The notes under the pieces: generated by a model
Told to the model about the DNA's origin: nothing
Seen by the model: the letters and a program-made list of their open reading frames with translations, nothing else
Database searches by the model: none
Part shown: positions 1 through 12,277 of the stretch, piece after piece
Layout of the letters: each line of letters starts with the position of its first letter
How positions within the stretch are numbered: position 1 is the stretch's first letter
Made by a program: the position numbers and the translations under genes
NCBI RefSeq assembly: GCF_006345805.1
Contig: NC_042999.1
Location: 151,776,001 to 151,840,000 of the forward strand
DNA length: 64,000 bases
From: Octopus sinensis
Taxonomy: Eukaryota
Reading direction: 5' to 3'

Positions 1-470
1 CGATTTTGACTGAGGGCTGGCGAACCAGATGGTTGCACCAGTCTCCAATCTTGATTTGGCAGAGTTTCTACAGTTGGATGCCCTTCCTAACGCCAACCAC
101 TCTGAGAGTGTAGTGGGTGCTTTTTACGTGCCACCGGCACAGGGGCCAGTCAGGCAGTACTGGCAGCGACCTCGCTCGAATCCTTTTACACATGCCAGTA
201 AGGTGACGTTGGTAACGATCACGCTCGAATGGTGCCCTTTTACGTGCCACTGGCATGGAAGCCAGTTGGCTGCTCTGGCAACGATCACACTCGAATGGTG
301 CTCTTGGCACCCTACTAGCACAGGCACAGGTGCCAGTAAGGCGACGCTGGTAACGATCATGCTCGGATGGTGCCCTTTAAATGCCACTGGCACGGAAGCC
401 GGTTAGCTGCTCTGTCAATGATCACGCTCGTATGGTGCTCTTTGCACCCTGCCAGCATGGACGCCAGTCA
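1..470 (-). mobile_element. Repeat family A ((GAT)n-tailed SINE/RTE-tail-like element) with internal ~60-bp tandem subunits; truncated by window start
   Basis: Matches other copies in the window (16530-16930, 41215-41555, 44600-45065): 'gtttctacagttggatgcccttcctaacgccaaccactctgagagtgtagtgggtgc' followed by 4-5 diverged subunits '...acgatcacgctcgaatggtgc...'. ORFs 29..406, 68..310 and 124..393 are artefacts of this repeat. Confidence 0.85.
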
Positions 471-504
471 TCGAATTTGATATATATATATATATATGTA
501 CATA

Positions 505-650
505 TATGATGGTCTTCTTTCAGATTCCATCTACCAAATCCATTGACTAGGCTTTGGTTGGCCCAAGGCTATAGTAGAAGACACTTGCCCAAGGTGCTCT
601 GCAGTGGGACTGAACCTGGAAAAACTTCTTACCACACAGCTACACCTGTA
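505..650 (-). mobile_element. SINE family B head (tRNA-derived, CORE-like)
   Basis: Reverse complement of the 11581 copy; contains 'acacttgcccaagg', the reverse of the CORE-like 'ccttgggcaagtgt'. Confidence 0.85.
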
Positions 651-899
651 TATGTAGGTATGGCATACATCCATAGTATCTATTTTTCTAACTACTTACC
701 TAACTATCTATTTGTATATAAATCAGGCCGTATAGAAAATTCTGTCCAATTATAATTTTAGACTCGTTACAATTTTTTGTTCTCTAAAAACTGTTAATAT
801 TGGTGGCATTCACTGATGCGGAATCATTTCATGATGGATTTCTGGATTTCAACAATATTTTAAAATATTCATTTTCTATATGAAGAATCCATCGTGAAT

Positions 900-1925
900 C
901 CAAGCTAAGTGCATATTTCTCACATTATGCATTATGAGTTTCACTGAGATTTTTACTGCAAGTGTAACAACCAAAAATGTCCAAAAGGCAAAATGCAGTG
1001 AATGAAATAATTTGCAGAAGGTGGCTTGAAAAATTCAAATGTGAAAATTTCAATTTGTTTGATGAAGCCAGATCAGGACGTCCTTCCAAATTGAATGACA
1101 AAATACAAAGAATCCTGCTGTGACCAAATGAGAGAGCTTTCTGAATTTAATTTCAGCATCATGACCATCCATAATCATTTGGAGAAGCTAGGAAATGTTT
1201 CAAAGTATTGCAAATGGGTTCCCCATGCGGTTTCAGCTGCAAATTGTCAATAAAGTCTTGACTGCTGGGAATCTCTTCACATATACAACAATCTCTAAGC
1301 ACAATTTTTTAAACCAGATTATGGCTACAGGTGAGAAATAGATTCTTTACAGTGATATTAAGCATCACAGACAGTGGCTAAGTCCAAACCAAAAACCTGT
1401 ACTACATCCATGAGGGGGACTTCACTCCAAGAAAATTTAGCACAAGTGTCACATAAAAAGCACCCAGTATTCTGTAGGCTGGTTGGTATTAGGAAAGAGA
1501 TCCTGCTGTAGAAACCAAGTCAAAACAGAGAAGAGGAACTTGATGCAGTTCTCCAGCTTTCTAGCTCTAGCCAAATCATTCAACCCATCTCAGCATGGAA
1601 ACCAAATATCAAATCATGATGGTAATGATGACGGTGATGATGATGTTTTGTGGGATATAGAAGGAATTATTCATTATGAGCTTTTAGGACTCAATCAAAC
1701 AGTCACTTTTGATGTCTGCTATCAGCAACTTGGCCTTTTGAAAATCCCTTTGGCTAGAAAATATCTTACCTTAATAAATCACTGAGGGTCTTCTCTTCCA
1801 CCAAGATAATGCTCAGCTTCACATGATACAAACCACTAAAGATGTTCTGGGATTGTTTGGATGGAAAAAATATTCTGACCCTCCATATTCTCCAGACTTT
1901 GTTTCATCAGACTTCCACTCCTATC
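900..1925 (+). pseudogene. Decayed mariner (DD34D) transposase, interrupted by a family A insertion at ~1437-1640
   Basis: Translated fragments: RWLEKFKCENFNLFDEARSGRPSKL (HTH), KWVPHAV (WVPHEL motif), TGEK* (TGDEKW), LWDIEGIIHYELL, HQDNAQLH, PPYSPDFVSSDFH (YSPDLAPSD). Multiple stops and frameshifts. Confidence 0.9.
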
Positions 1926-1949
1926 ATTTTTTTCTTATCTTTTACTTGA

Positions 1950-2355
1950 TTCAGTCATTGGATTGTGGCTTCACTGGAGCAGCACCTTCAAGGGTTCAGT
2001 TGAACGAATCAACCCCAGTACTTATTTTTAAGCCTGATACTTATTCTGTCAGTCTCTTTTTGCCCAACCACTAAGTTACAGGGACATAAACAAACCAGCA
2101 TTGGTTGTCAAGCAGTGGGGACAAACAAAGGCAAACACACACACACAGGTAGGTAGGTAGGTAGATAGGTAGATAGATAGATAGATAGATAGTGAGAGAG
2201 AGAGAGAGAGATTCCATCAATCAAATTTATTCACAAGGTATTGGTAGTCCAGCCTAGGCTATTGTAGAAGATACATACCTAGGGTTCTGTGCAGTGGGGC
2301 TGAACCCAAACCACATGGTTATAAAGCAAACTTCTTAACCACACAGCTATGCTTG
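1950..2355 (-). mobile_element. Composite SINE B/C copy with internal microsatellite
   Basis: C-part 'cagtcattggattgtggc...gttgtcaagcagtggggacaaac', then (GTAG/GATA/GA)n, then B-part 'ttccatcaatcaaatttattcacaagg...cttcttaaccacacagc'. Confidence 0.8.
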
Positions 2356-2847
2356 TACTTATTTAGATCTTTATAAAACCATTTAGACAGTAAAAGTAAG
2401 CGCAGCAAGGAAGCCTTAGAAAATGAACTATATACTTAATATTTAAATTCAAAATCCAAAGCTTCAAGTCAGACATAAAAAACATATGAATAGATTGGAG
2501 AGAAGTGATAGAAAATAAAGGGAATTATATTAAAGGTTATATTTGCAGTATCAAACATGGTTGTACTTTTAAATAGTTCCGAAACAATACTTTCTAATAA
2601 TGGCTTCAAATTTTAGCACATGGCCAGTCACTTTAGTGACGTCAATGCCATTGCACTTCTGGAACTTATTCTGTTGACTCCAAAAATTAATCTCAGCAAA
2701 GTTTCATAGAATAATTATGTACACACATAGAAACACACACAAGTATATATATGTATATCACAAGTGTACATAGCTATATATGTGTGTGTGTGTGTATACA
2801 TATATATACATACATATATGTGTGTGTGTGTATATATATATATATAT

Positions 2848-2879
<32 letters not shown>

Positions 2880-2921
2880 ATATTATATATATATATATGT
2901 ATATATATGCATAAATATAGT

Positions 2922-3443
2922 CAAAATAAGAAAATGGAGAAATACATCGAAATCAAATATCAATTACCAGATAATACTCAATCACATACTTTATTAAACC
3001 CCTACATAAGAAACTATAAGGTTAAACATAATCATGCAGGGTAAAACAGTGTACATGAAGGAGTGTACATAAAATAGTAATGTTATACAATAAGTAGAAT
3101 ACATATAATAGAACATAAATATAAGTACACATAAATATAAATATAGACTATATCTTACAGCTGTTTCGGCCATGTAGATACATGTAGATACATGGCCGAA
3201 ACAGCTGTAAGATATAGTCTATATTTATATTTATGTGTACTTATATTTATGTTCTATTATATGTATTCTACTTATTGTATAACATTACTATTTTATGTAC
3301 ACTCCTTCATGTACACTGTTTTACCCTGCATAATTATGTTTAACCTTATAGTTTCTTATGTAGGGGTTTAATAAAGTATGTGATTGAGTATTATCTGGTA
3401 ATTGATATTTGATTTCGATGTATTTCTCCATTTTCTTATTTTG
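2922..3443. repeat. 522-bp near-perfect palindrome (255-bp inverted arms, 12-nt spacer)
   Basis: 2922-3176 is the reverse complement of 3189-3443 except C3033/A3332. The spacer 3177-3188 lies within the direct repeat catgtagata x2. Confidence 0.97.
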
Positions 3444-3667
3444 TATTATGAATTTGTGGTAAAACATTTTACCTTTGCCCATATAATACAATAAATGAAT
3501 TAATTGTATCGCAATTCTTAACATTTATGTATTAACTTTGTTGGGTACCTCACTAGCAGTATATTGGATATATGGTATCCCATGGTGGGTTGCATTTACA
3601 ACCCCTATCTCAATTTGTTACATAAATATATACATATATGTATGTATTTATATACAAATATACATAC

Positions 3668-3726
<59 letters not shown>

Positions 3727-4023
3727 GTATATTCATACATATAAATAAATATAGGAATAATATTATTAAAACACCCTCACGAGTGGTAAGCGAATTATCA
3801 ACCGTACAGGGAAATTAATAATATATATATACAATATTAGATATGTACATATATACACAAGGGTACAACATCAGTACCTATATTGCTAAAAAATAGAAGT
3901 CAAAAAATACTTCTGTACCACCGAATAGTCAGAAAACCAGTATACAGACATGATAGGAAAAAATATCAGTGAACAATAATAATGTCTTACCTCTACTGGG
4001 TCAGAACAAGTAAATGCTGGTCA

Positions 4024-4084
4024 ACCTGGTACTGGTTTCAAAATTTAGCGCCAAATAGGTGCCCAATTTCTCATCAGCCAAAGT
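4024..4084 (-). ncRNA. Minimal type-I hammerhead ribozyme motif (Penelope-like element type)
   Basis: Minus strand: ACTTTGG-CTGATGA-[GAAATTGGGCACC tattt GGCGCTAAATTTT]-GAAA-C-CA-G-TA-CCAGGT. Intact core, long stem II, GUA triplet, imperfect stem I. Confidence 0.7.
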
Positions 4085-4105
4085 CTACCAGCTAAATTTT
4101 CATAC

Positions 4106-4140
<35 letters not shown>

Positions 4141-4478
4141 TGCATGTAGATATATGTACACACATTATGTATAAACATACACACACACATACATATATGT
4201 ACATGGACACATGCATATCTATATGACTGTGTGAATACATGTATGCATGCATGCATATGTGTGTCTGTGTATGTGTGTGTGTGTGGTGTATGTGTGTGTG
4301 TGTGTGTATGTATGCATCTATCTCGTGAGTCTGGAAGATCCTGCAAAAGTCTTAAAGGTCATAGGCACTAAGCTTCCACCCATGACGAACTCATGATAAT
4401 ACAGACTGTATATCATATACCCATATATGTAACATACGCACAGACACATAGAAATAATGTGTATACATAAAATAGAAG

Positions 4479-4531
4479 ATGTCTGTGGAAATTGCTGATT
4501 GTTTGTGTTGGCGAAAACTTTTCATTCTAGT
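4479..4531 (+). CDS. Candidate first coding exon of a hypothetical spliced ORF (MSVEIADCLCWRKLFIL)
   Basis: ATG at 4479; strong donor GT|GTAAGA at 4532; phase 2 matches the 6930 exon candidate. No homology recognised. Confidence 0.25.
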
Positions 4532-4813
4532 GTAAGAGTTATGAATTTTATCCATATATATTTCTCTTTCTCTCTCACTTTCCATCTCCCTCTCTTCCTC
4601 TCTTTCCCCTTCTGTGTGCATATGTGCGTGTGCACATGTGTTGTAAATAAATAGTATGTTAGAGTATACAGGATGATGTTGATGATGATGATACATACAT
4701 GCATCCATGTGTGTGTAATATACAGCTACACACACACACACACACACATGTGTATGTATACATACATGTATACACGCACATATGTGTGTGTGTGTGTGTA
4801 TTTCTTCATATAT

Positions 4814-4855
<42 letters not shown>

Positions 4856-5011
4856 TACACAGACATACACATACATGTATGCTCCACCCTCCCTGAAGCA
4901 ACTTCTTACCCTTTCAATCTCCCTTTATATTCACTATGTTTCACCCTCCGGCCTCTCACTGGCTAACTCTCTCTCTCCCTTTCTATGTTATGTTACTTTT
5001 TTATCTCTCAT

Positions 5012-5043
<32 letters not shown>

Positions 5044-5119
5044 TTATCTTTCTCTTTCTTTCAAATTCAGTTACTCTCTCTGACTGTCTCTCTTTGCAGT
5101 TTCTGAATTGCTATTATTT

Positions 5120-5156
<37 letters not shown>

Positions 5157-5452
5157 TCCTCTCTCCTTCCCTGTCTCACTTCTCTCACATTATAATTTCA
5201 CTTAGTCACAACTTTGATAAACCTAATAGTCTTTGGCTCTTCAACTACCCCATCTCTCCCTCTCTCTCCCTCTCTCTATCTATCCATCAATCTATCTATC
5301 CACTCACCTCTCTCTCCCTATAATTTCTGTACCTCACATTTCATCAAAATCTTCACACAGCCTTTCCTTCCCTGCTTTTCCTTTTGTCTCTCAGGACTAT
5401 ACCCATTAAAATTCATCAGGTTTTTTCACTCTTCCCTCTTCTCACACCCCTT

Positions 5453-5721
<269 letters not shown>

Positions 5722-5804
5722 CTTCTCCCTATCACTTCTCTTCTCTTTTCCCATCAACAGTCTGCTTTCCAGTTCTAATCTTATCTCCCTTAACCTTTGA
5801 AACA

Positions 5805-5864
<60 letters not shown>

Positions 5865-6403
5865 ACTCTCTCTCTCTCTCTCTCTCCCCCTCTATCCTTT
5901 AAAGCATTTTCTATCATCCGATGCCCACCGCACCCCCACACCCTTTTTGCTATCTTTTATCCTACCTTTTAATGTCTCGTGAAATTTTGCATCACACTTG
6001 CAACTCCCATGTTAGAAGCTGCTGCTGCTGCTGCTGCCGTTGCCGCTTCTGCTGCCGTTGCTGCTGCTGCTAAGGCTGCTGGTGGTCCTGCTACTGCTGC
6101 TTCACTGTTGCACTGTTGTTTTGTTGCTTCACCGTTTTGCTTATAATTCCTGTCTCTGTCACATGTTCTACATGCAGCTGTTGATCAGCAAAGCATGTAA
6201 CCAGCAGTTTCCAATCAAACTTCAGTGTTCACTGCTCTTTACCAATGAAAATACTGAAGCTACAGCAACAACATCTAATAATTAGTGATATATACAATAT
6301 ACATCCATAAACATATAAATATAATATACATATTTACATATATATATATATATATACAGAGGTACATATACATATATATACATATATATATATCTATATA
6401 TAT

Positions 6404-6454
<51 letters not shown>

Positions 6455-6796
6455 ATATACATATATAGATATATATGAATATATATATATATATAATATT
6501 ATATATACACATATATCAGTGGAGAGAAAGAAGTAGATAAAGTGAATGAAAGATATATACTTTGGAATTTAGATGGATTGCTAAATGGATGTATATGTTG
6601 GTCTGAATCAAACTATAAGCTACAAGGGCTAGCTGGTCACTGAAGAATTAGAAGAATTAGCCAGTTTCTCTTCTAACCATTTCCCCGCCAACACCCACTG
6701 TTTAGTGGTCACTCTGGGAGAAGAGTGTGGGAAGATATACGCATACATATACACATACATACATTCATACATACATATACACACATATATACATAC

Positions 6797-6844
<48 letters not shown>

Positions 6845-6929
6845 GTGATTATATATATGATAAAAGTACAAAGCTGCCAAAAAAAGTGAAATAGTAATAA
6901 AACGGGTGTTTCCATTTTGCGTTTAAAAG

Positions 6930-7094
6930 GGGCGTACTACATTCAACAGGAGGTATTCTTTATGCAAGGAGCATCAAATCTTTGCAGCATTCCTACACGC
7001 AGGGATATTTGTCAACAAATTCTTCAGTTGGTTTTTCTTACCTCAACATGTGTGAGAATTCCCTACCAATGGAAGACGTTGTTATACTCAACAG
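6930..7094 (+). CDS. Candidate internal exon (165 bp, phase 2-2; GVLHSTGGILYARSIKSLQHSYTQGYLSTNSSVGFSYLNMCENSLPMEDVVILN)
   Basis: Acceptor ccattttgcgtttaaaAG, donor CAG|GTAGGA, open frame, unique non-repetitive sequence. No homology recognised. Confidence 0.3.
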
Positions 7095-7292
7095 GTAGGA
7101 AATACAGCTTTATTCCTCTCTTAGACATTGTTTATAGGGTCTTTCAGCTTATGCATGTGTATGCGTGTAATCTCGATGCGAGCAAGTGTTGTGCATGTGT
7201 TTATGCACGTGTTTGTTATTACTCCCATGACCTTGTTTACACTCTCATGCTTTCCCTCTCCCTAATTTTCTCTCTCTCTCTTTCTCTATCTT

Positions 7293-7341
<49 letters not shown>

Positions 7342-7763
7342 ATATATATATGTATATAAAGAAAACAGAAGATGGAGAAATATTGATAATATGCTTGCAT
7401 ATGTATGCCCGTGGTTAAACATGGGTATTATACCGGTAGTATAACGGATACTTCTATCCCTTAGAGAGTTATTTCAATGGTTAACCCTACTAACCTTTAT
7501 ATATAAATATATATGTATATACACACACACACACACACACACATACATATATACACACACATATACATATATAAACACACATATATGTATATATACACAC
7601 ACACACATACATATATGTATATATATTTACATTTATATATGTATGCACATATATAAACAAACAAATATATACATATAGCTCCATGCCCACACAAACAGAC
7701 AGACTCATACACATAGATGTAAATGTTTATATTTTTCTATCTATTTATCTATTTATCTATCTA

Positions 7764-7806
<43 letters not shown>

Positions 7807-7909
7807 CTATTTACATACATGCATGTGTGTGTGTATCTCTGTGTATATGTATGCATGCATGTATGTATGTGTGTATTTATTTATGTATGTATGTATGTAT
7901 GTATGTATG

Positions 7910-8150
7910 CTTATTATTAAATCTGTAAAAATATCACAAAAAAGCTGTTATTCAGAGTTTCACGTTTCTGTTTGTTGGACAGTTTTGGTTGTCCAACAAA
8001 TGGGAATGTGAAACTCTGAGTAACAGTTTTTGTGACATGCTTGCGATGTTTTTGCTGCTTTGATAATAAAGCATTCTACTCTATCTTCGGTATTCGAGTA
8101 CTATTTTTTTCCACCTTGTTTCACATTTATGTGCTTACTCTGGTATATAT
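7910..8150. mobile_element. Penelope-like terminal-repeat remnant containing a 102-bp hairpin made of two inverted, decayed hammerheads
   Basis: Arms 7934-7981 and 7990-8035; both carry GAAACTCTGA(G/A)TAACAG, shared with the intact-core HHR at 45593-45643. Confidence 0.65.
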
Positions 8151-8485
8151 ATGTGTAGGCAGTTAATTGAACTGGCATAGTCATTGGGGTGTTACATAGA
8201 ATGCCTTGTGGTAATTGTTCTGGATCACTGTTCTTTGAATTCAAATTCTACCGATGCTAATGTCAATTTTTATCTCACCAGGGTCTATATATCAGATACC
8301 AGCTATATATTGGTGTTGGCTCTTTATCTCTCTTTTCAGACTTTCTTACTCTCTACTTATCTCACTCTCTACTTCCCTCCCTCTTTCTTTCCCTTCCTCT
8401 GTGTGTATGTGTGTATATATGCAGCACGCAAACAAGCATGCACACACACAAACACAAAGATATATAAATAAATAGACAGATAGAT

Positions 8486-8553
<68 letters not shown>

Positions 8554-8564
8554 GATAGAGACGG

Positions 8565-8631
<67 letters not shown>

Positions 8632-9261
8632 GTGAGAGAGAGAGAGATAGGCACAGAGAGAGAGAGATGATATCAAAGCAGTGAGGAACAAAATGAATAT
8701 ATGTATAGGCATTTATTAAAAGTAAATATAGATATCTTTGTATGTAAGTATATATGTATACAAAATGTGTGTGTACATATGAGTGTATATGTGTGTATAT
8801 ATATGTATATATATACATACACTCACACACACATATATATATACATGTATACAAACATACATACATATATATGTGTGTGTGTACATAAGCATATATACAT
8901 ATGTATGTGTATGTGTAAATATTTATCATCATCATCATCATCATCATCGTTTAAGGTCCGTTTCCCATGCTAGCATGATCAATATTCTGGTGTGTAATGA
9001 TATATGTATGCATATACATATACTTATAGACACACACACATACATACACTTACATACAGAGATGTATTTATGTATATATGCATATATTTGTATTTATATG
9101 TTGATATGTTTATATAGTGTATGTAAATATAAATTCCTGTGTGCATCTGTGTGTATGTGTGTGTATATATATATATATATATGTAAATATAGATAGAGAG
9201 ATTGGTAGATTGATATAGATATATAAAATGCATAAATATATTGATGCATACATACATGCAT

Positions 9262-9294
<33 letters not shown>

Positions 9295-10066
9295 TGAATT
9301 ATATATATATATGTGTATGTATGTATATATATATAAATATGCCATAAATAAATATATGTGTGTCAATATATACCTAGATGTATGCATGTTTATATGCATA
9401 TATGTAAAGATATGTGTGTATCTTTGTGTTTGCGCGCGTGTGTGTGTGTCTGTGTGTGATGTAAGAAGTACTCAGCACACCTTGTAAAATGGTTGTCATT
9501 AGGAAGGGCATTGAATCGTAGAAACCATGCCCATCCAGATATTGGAACCCAAAACAGTCCTTGGCCCCATTGGATATTGACACATCCTTAAACTGTCCAA
9601 CCCATGCCAGCATGGAAAATAGATTTTTAATTATGATGAAAATGAGGATCATCATACTTATATTCATTTATTGGTACCGTGGGCAAGTGTCAGCCTTAGG
9701 CTGACTAAAGCTTTGTGAGTGGATTTGGTAAATGGAAACTGAAAGAAGCTCATCATATATGTGTTTGTGTGTGTGTGTGCACATGTGTACGTGTGCATGT
9801 GCACGTGTATGTGCATTTTGTGTGTGACTGTTTGTCCCCCACCACAGCTTGACAAGCAGTGTTGGTTTGTTTACATCTCTGTAACTTAGCGGTTCAGTAC
9901 TGGGGTTGACTAAAACTTCTTCAAGATGGTGCCCCAGTATGGTCGCAGTCTAGTTACTTAAACAAGTAAAAGATAAAAGACATATATATATTCGCATATG
10001 AAAGAATAGAGATGACCAAGGGATAACTGATTATCCTATGAGCTTCGTAGGCATCTGTGTATATAG

Positions 10067-10109
<43 letters not shown>

Positions 10110-10118
10110 ATATATGTG

Positions 10119-10180
<62 letters not shown>

Positions 10181-10394
10181 CATACATATATATTTGTTAT
10201 ATATATATATATAGGTGTGTGTGTGGAAGTGATGTGAAAATCATGACATACTTAACAACTAAGATTGGCATGTTTCCCTGTCGTAATTTGTTGCCGAAGG
10301 AGTGCGACAAGTGGCGAGACATTGTGCTGGAGCCAACCTTTCTAATCCATGCCAGGATGAAATAATTGAATGTAGAATGTCCATGATGTAGTTA

Positions 10395-10449
10395 ATGTCA
10401 ATGATGATGATGATGGTGTTGTTGTTGTTGATGATGATGATGATGTTGC

Positions 10450-10482
<33 letters not shown>

Positions 10483-10965
10483 TGGTGGTGGTCTTGATGA
10501 TCATGGTGGTCGTGGTCGTGGTCGTGAAGACTGGTGGTGTTGGTGGTGCTGATGATGGTGGTGTTAGTGGGGATGATGTTGTTATTGATAGGGGTGGGTG
10601 TGGGTGTGGTGGTGATGATGACGGTGGTAGTGGTGGGGATGATGTGTGGTGGTGATAGTGGTGGTGGTCATGGTGATGATGATGGTTAGTGTGGTTGTGG
10701 TGGTAGTGGTAGTAGTGTTGGTGGTGGTGGTGGTGGTAGTAGTGTTGGTGCTGGTGGTGGTGGTGATGTTGATACTGCTGGTGATGATGGGAGTGGTGTG
10801 ATGATGATGGTGATGATGATGATGTGGTGATGATGATGATGATGATAGTGGTGGTAGTGGTGGTGGTGGTGGTGGTGATGATAGTGGTGATGGTAGTGGT
10901 GGTGGTGGTGGTGGTGGTGGTGGTGGTGGTGGTGGTGGTAGTGATGGTGGTGGCAGTGGCTGTTG
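10395..10965. repeat. Degenerate trinucleotide array (GAT/GTT/GGT)n
   Basis: Direct reading; source of the poly-T/H/V/P ORFs. Confidence 0.95.
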
Positions 10966-11197
10966 CATTAATATATATTATGCATACACATACATACATA
11001 AATACACATGTATTTGTGTGTGAGACTTGAAAAAATTTGAATTAATCTTTCAATGAAGATTACATTTTATTAAAGTAAACCTATTACATGAATTATATTA
11101 GTTATAATAGCTAGACTGCTTCATCTTAAAATGCTTCCAGGATATTAACTGCATGCTGCATGATTGTTATTCTTGTTGTTTGGTATTTGGTATTTAG

Positions 11198-11264
11198 TAG
11201 AATCAGAGCTAGTGAAAGAGAGTCTTATTTACTTTACACAAAATATCAAGATAAATTCGCACAT
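11198..11264 (+). CDS. Candidate exon (RIRASERESYLLYTKYQDKFAH), phase 2-0
   Basis: Acceptor ttggtatttAG (NAGNAG), donor CAT|GTGAAT; in frame with the 6930-7094 candidate. Confidence 0.2.
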
Positions 11265-11381
11265 GTGAATATATATATATTGTAGCATTTGTGTTTGGGT
11301 GTGTTAATATCACCACACACATGCACACATTATGTATGTGAATGCATGTATGATATGGGTGTGTTTGTGTGAATAGGAATG

Positions 11382-11425
<44 letters not shown>

Positions 11426-11580
11426 TATAAAGAGAGAGGGAAAAGGGGAGAGATAGATGGATAAAAAAACAGTCAAAATGTATATGTACATATATATATA
11501 TATATATCTACATATTATCATTTAAGAACCGTTGTTAAATGATGGTGATGATGATGAAGATGATTATATATATATATATA

Positions 11581-11755
11581 CATAGGCACAGGAGTGGCTG
11601 TGTGGTAAGTAGCTTGCTAACCAACCACATGGTTCCGGGTTCAGTCCCACTGCGTGGCATCTTGGGCAAGTGTCTTCTGCTACAGCCCCGGGCCGACCAA
11701 TGCCTTGTGAGTGGATTTGGTAGACGGAAACTGAAAGAAGCCTGTCGTATATATG

Positions 11756-11786
<31 letters not shown>

Positions 11787-11997
11787 GTTTGTGTGTCTGT
11801 GTTTGTCCCCCTAGCATGCCTGACAACCGATGCTGGTGTGTTTACGTCCCTGTCACTTAGCGGTTCGGCAAAAGAGACCGAAAGAATAAGTACTGGGCTT
11901 ACAAAGAGTAAGTTCCGGGGTCGATTTGCTCGACTAAAGGCGGTGCTCCAGCATGGCCGCAGTCAAATGACTGAAACAAGTAAAAGAGTAAAAGAGT
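11581..11997 (+). mobile_element. Full-length composite SINE B/C (tRNA-derived head, CORE-like segment, internal (TA)n(TG)n, 3' domain)
   Basis: A-box-like TGGCTGTGTGGT, B-box-like GGTTCAGTCCC, 'cttgggcaagtgtctt' CORE-like block, tail 'gactgaaacaagtaaaagagtaaaaga'. Resembles the CORE-SINEs described from octopus (OR1/OR2 type); family identity not verified. Confidence 0.88.
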
Positions 11998-12208
11998 ATA
12001 CATATATATATATATACATCTATATACATATACATGTATATTCACAGACATCTGCATCTATCTATCTATTTATCAATATATATGTAAGTGTGTATATATA
12101 TATATATATACACATGCACACAAAGATATGTGTGTATGCATGTGTATATATACACATGCATATACATATATATACTTTCATATACATATACATGTATGTA
12201 TATTCTGT

Positions 12209-12277
<69 letters not shown>

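Noticed and set aside
6640-6680. CTGAAGA followed by an 8-bp hairpin (ttagaaga/tcttctaa)
   Set aside because: No GAAA or stem III after the hairpin, so it is not a hammerhead as it stands.
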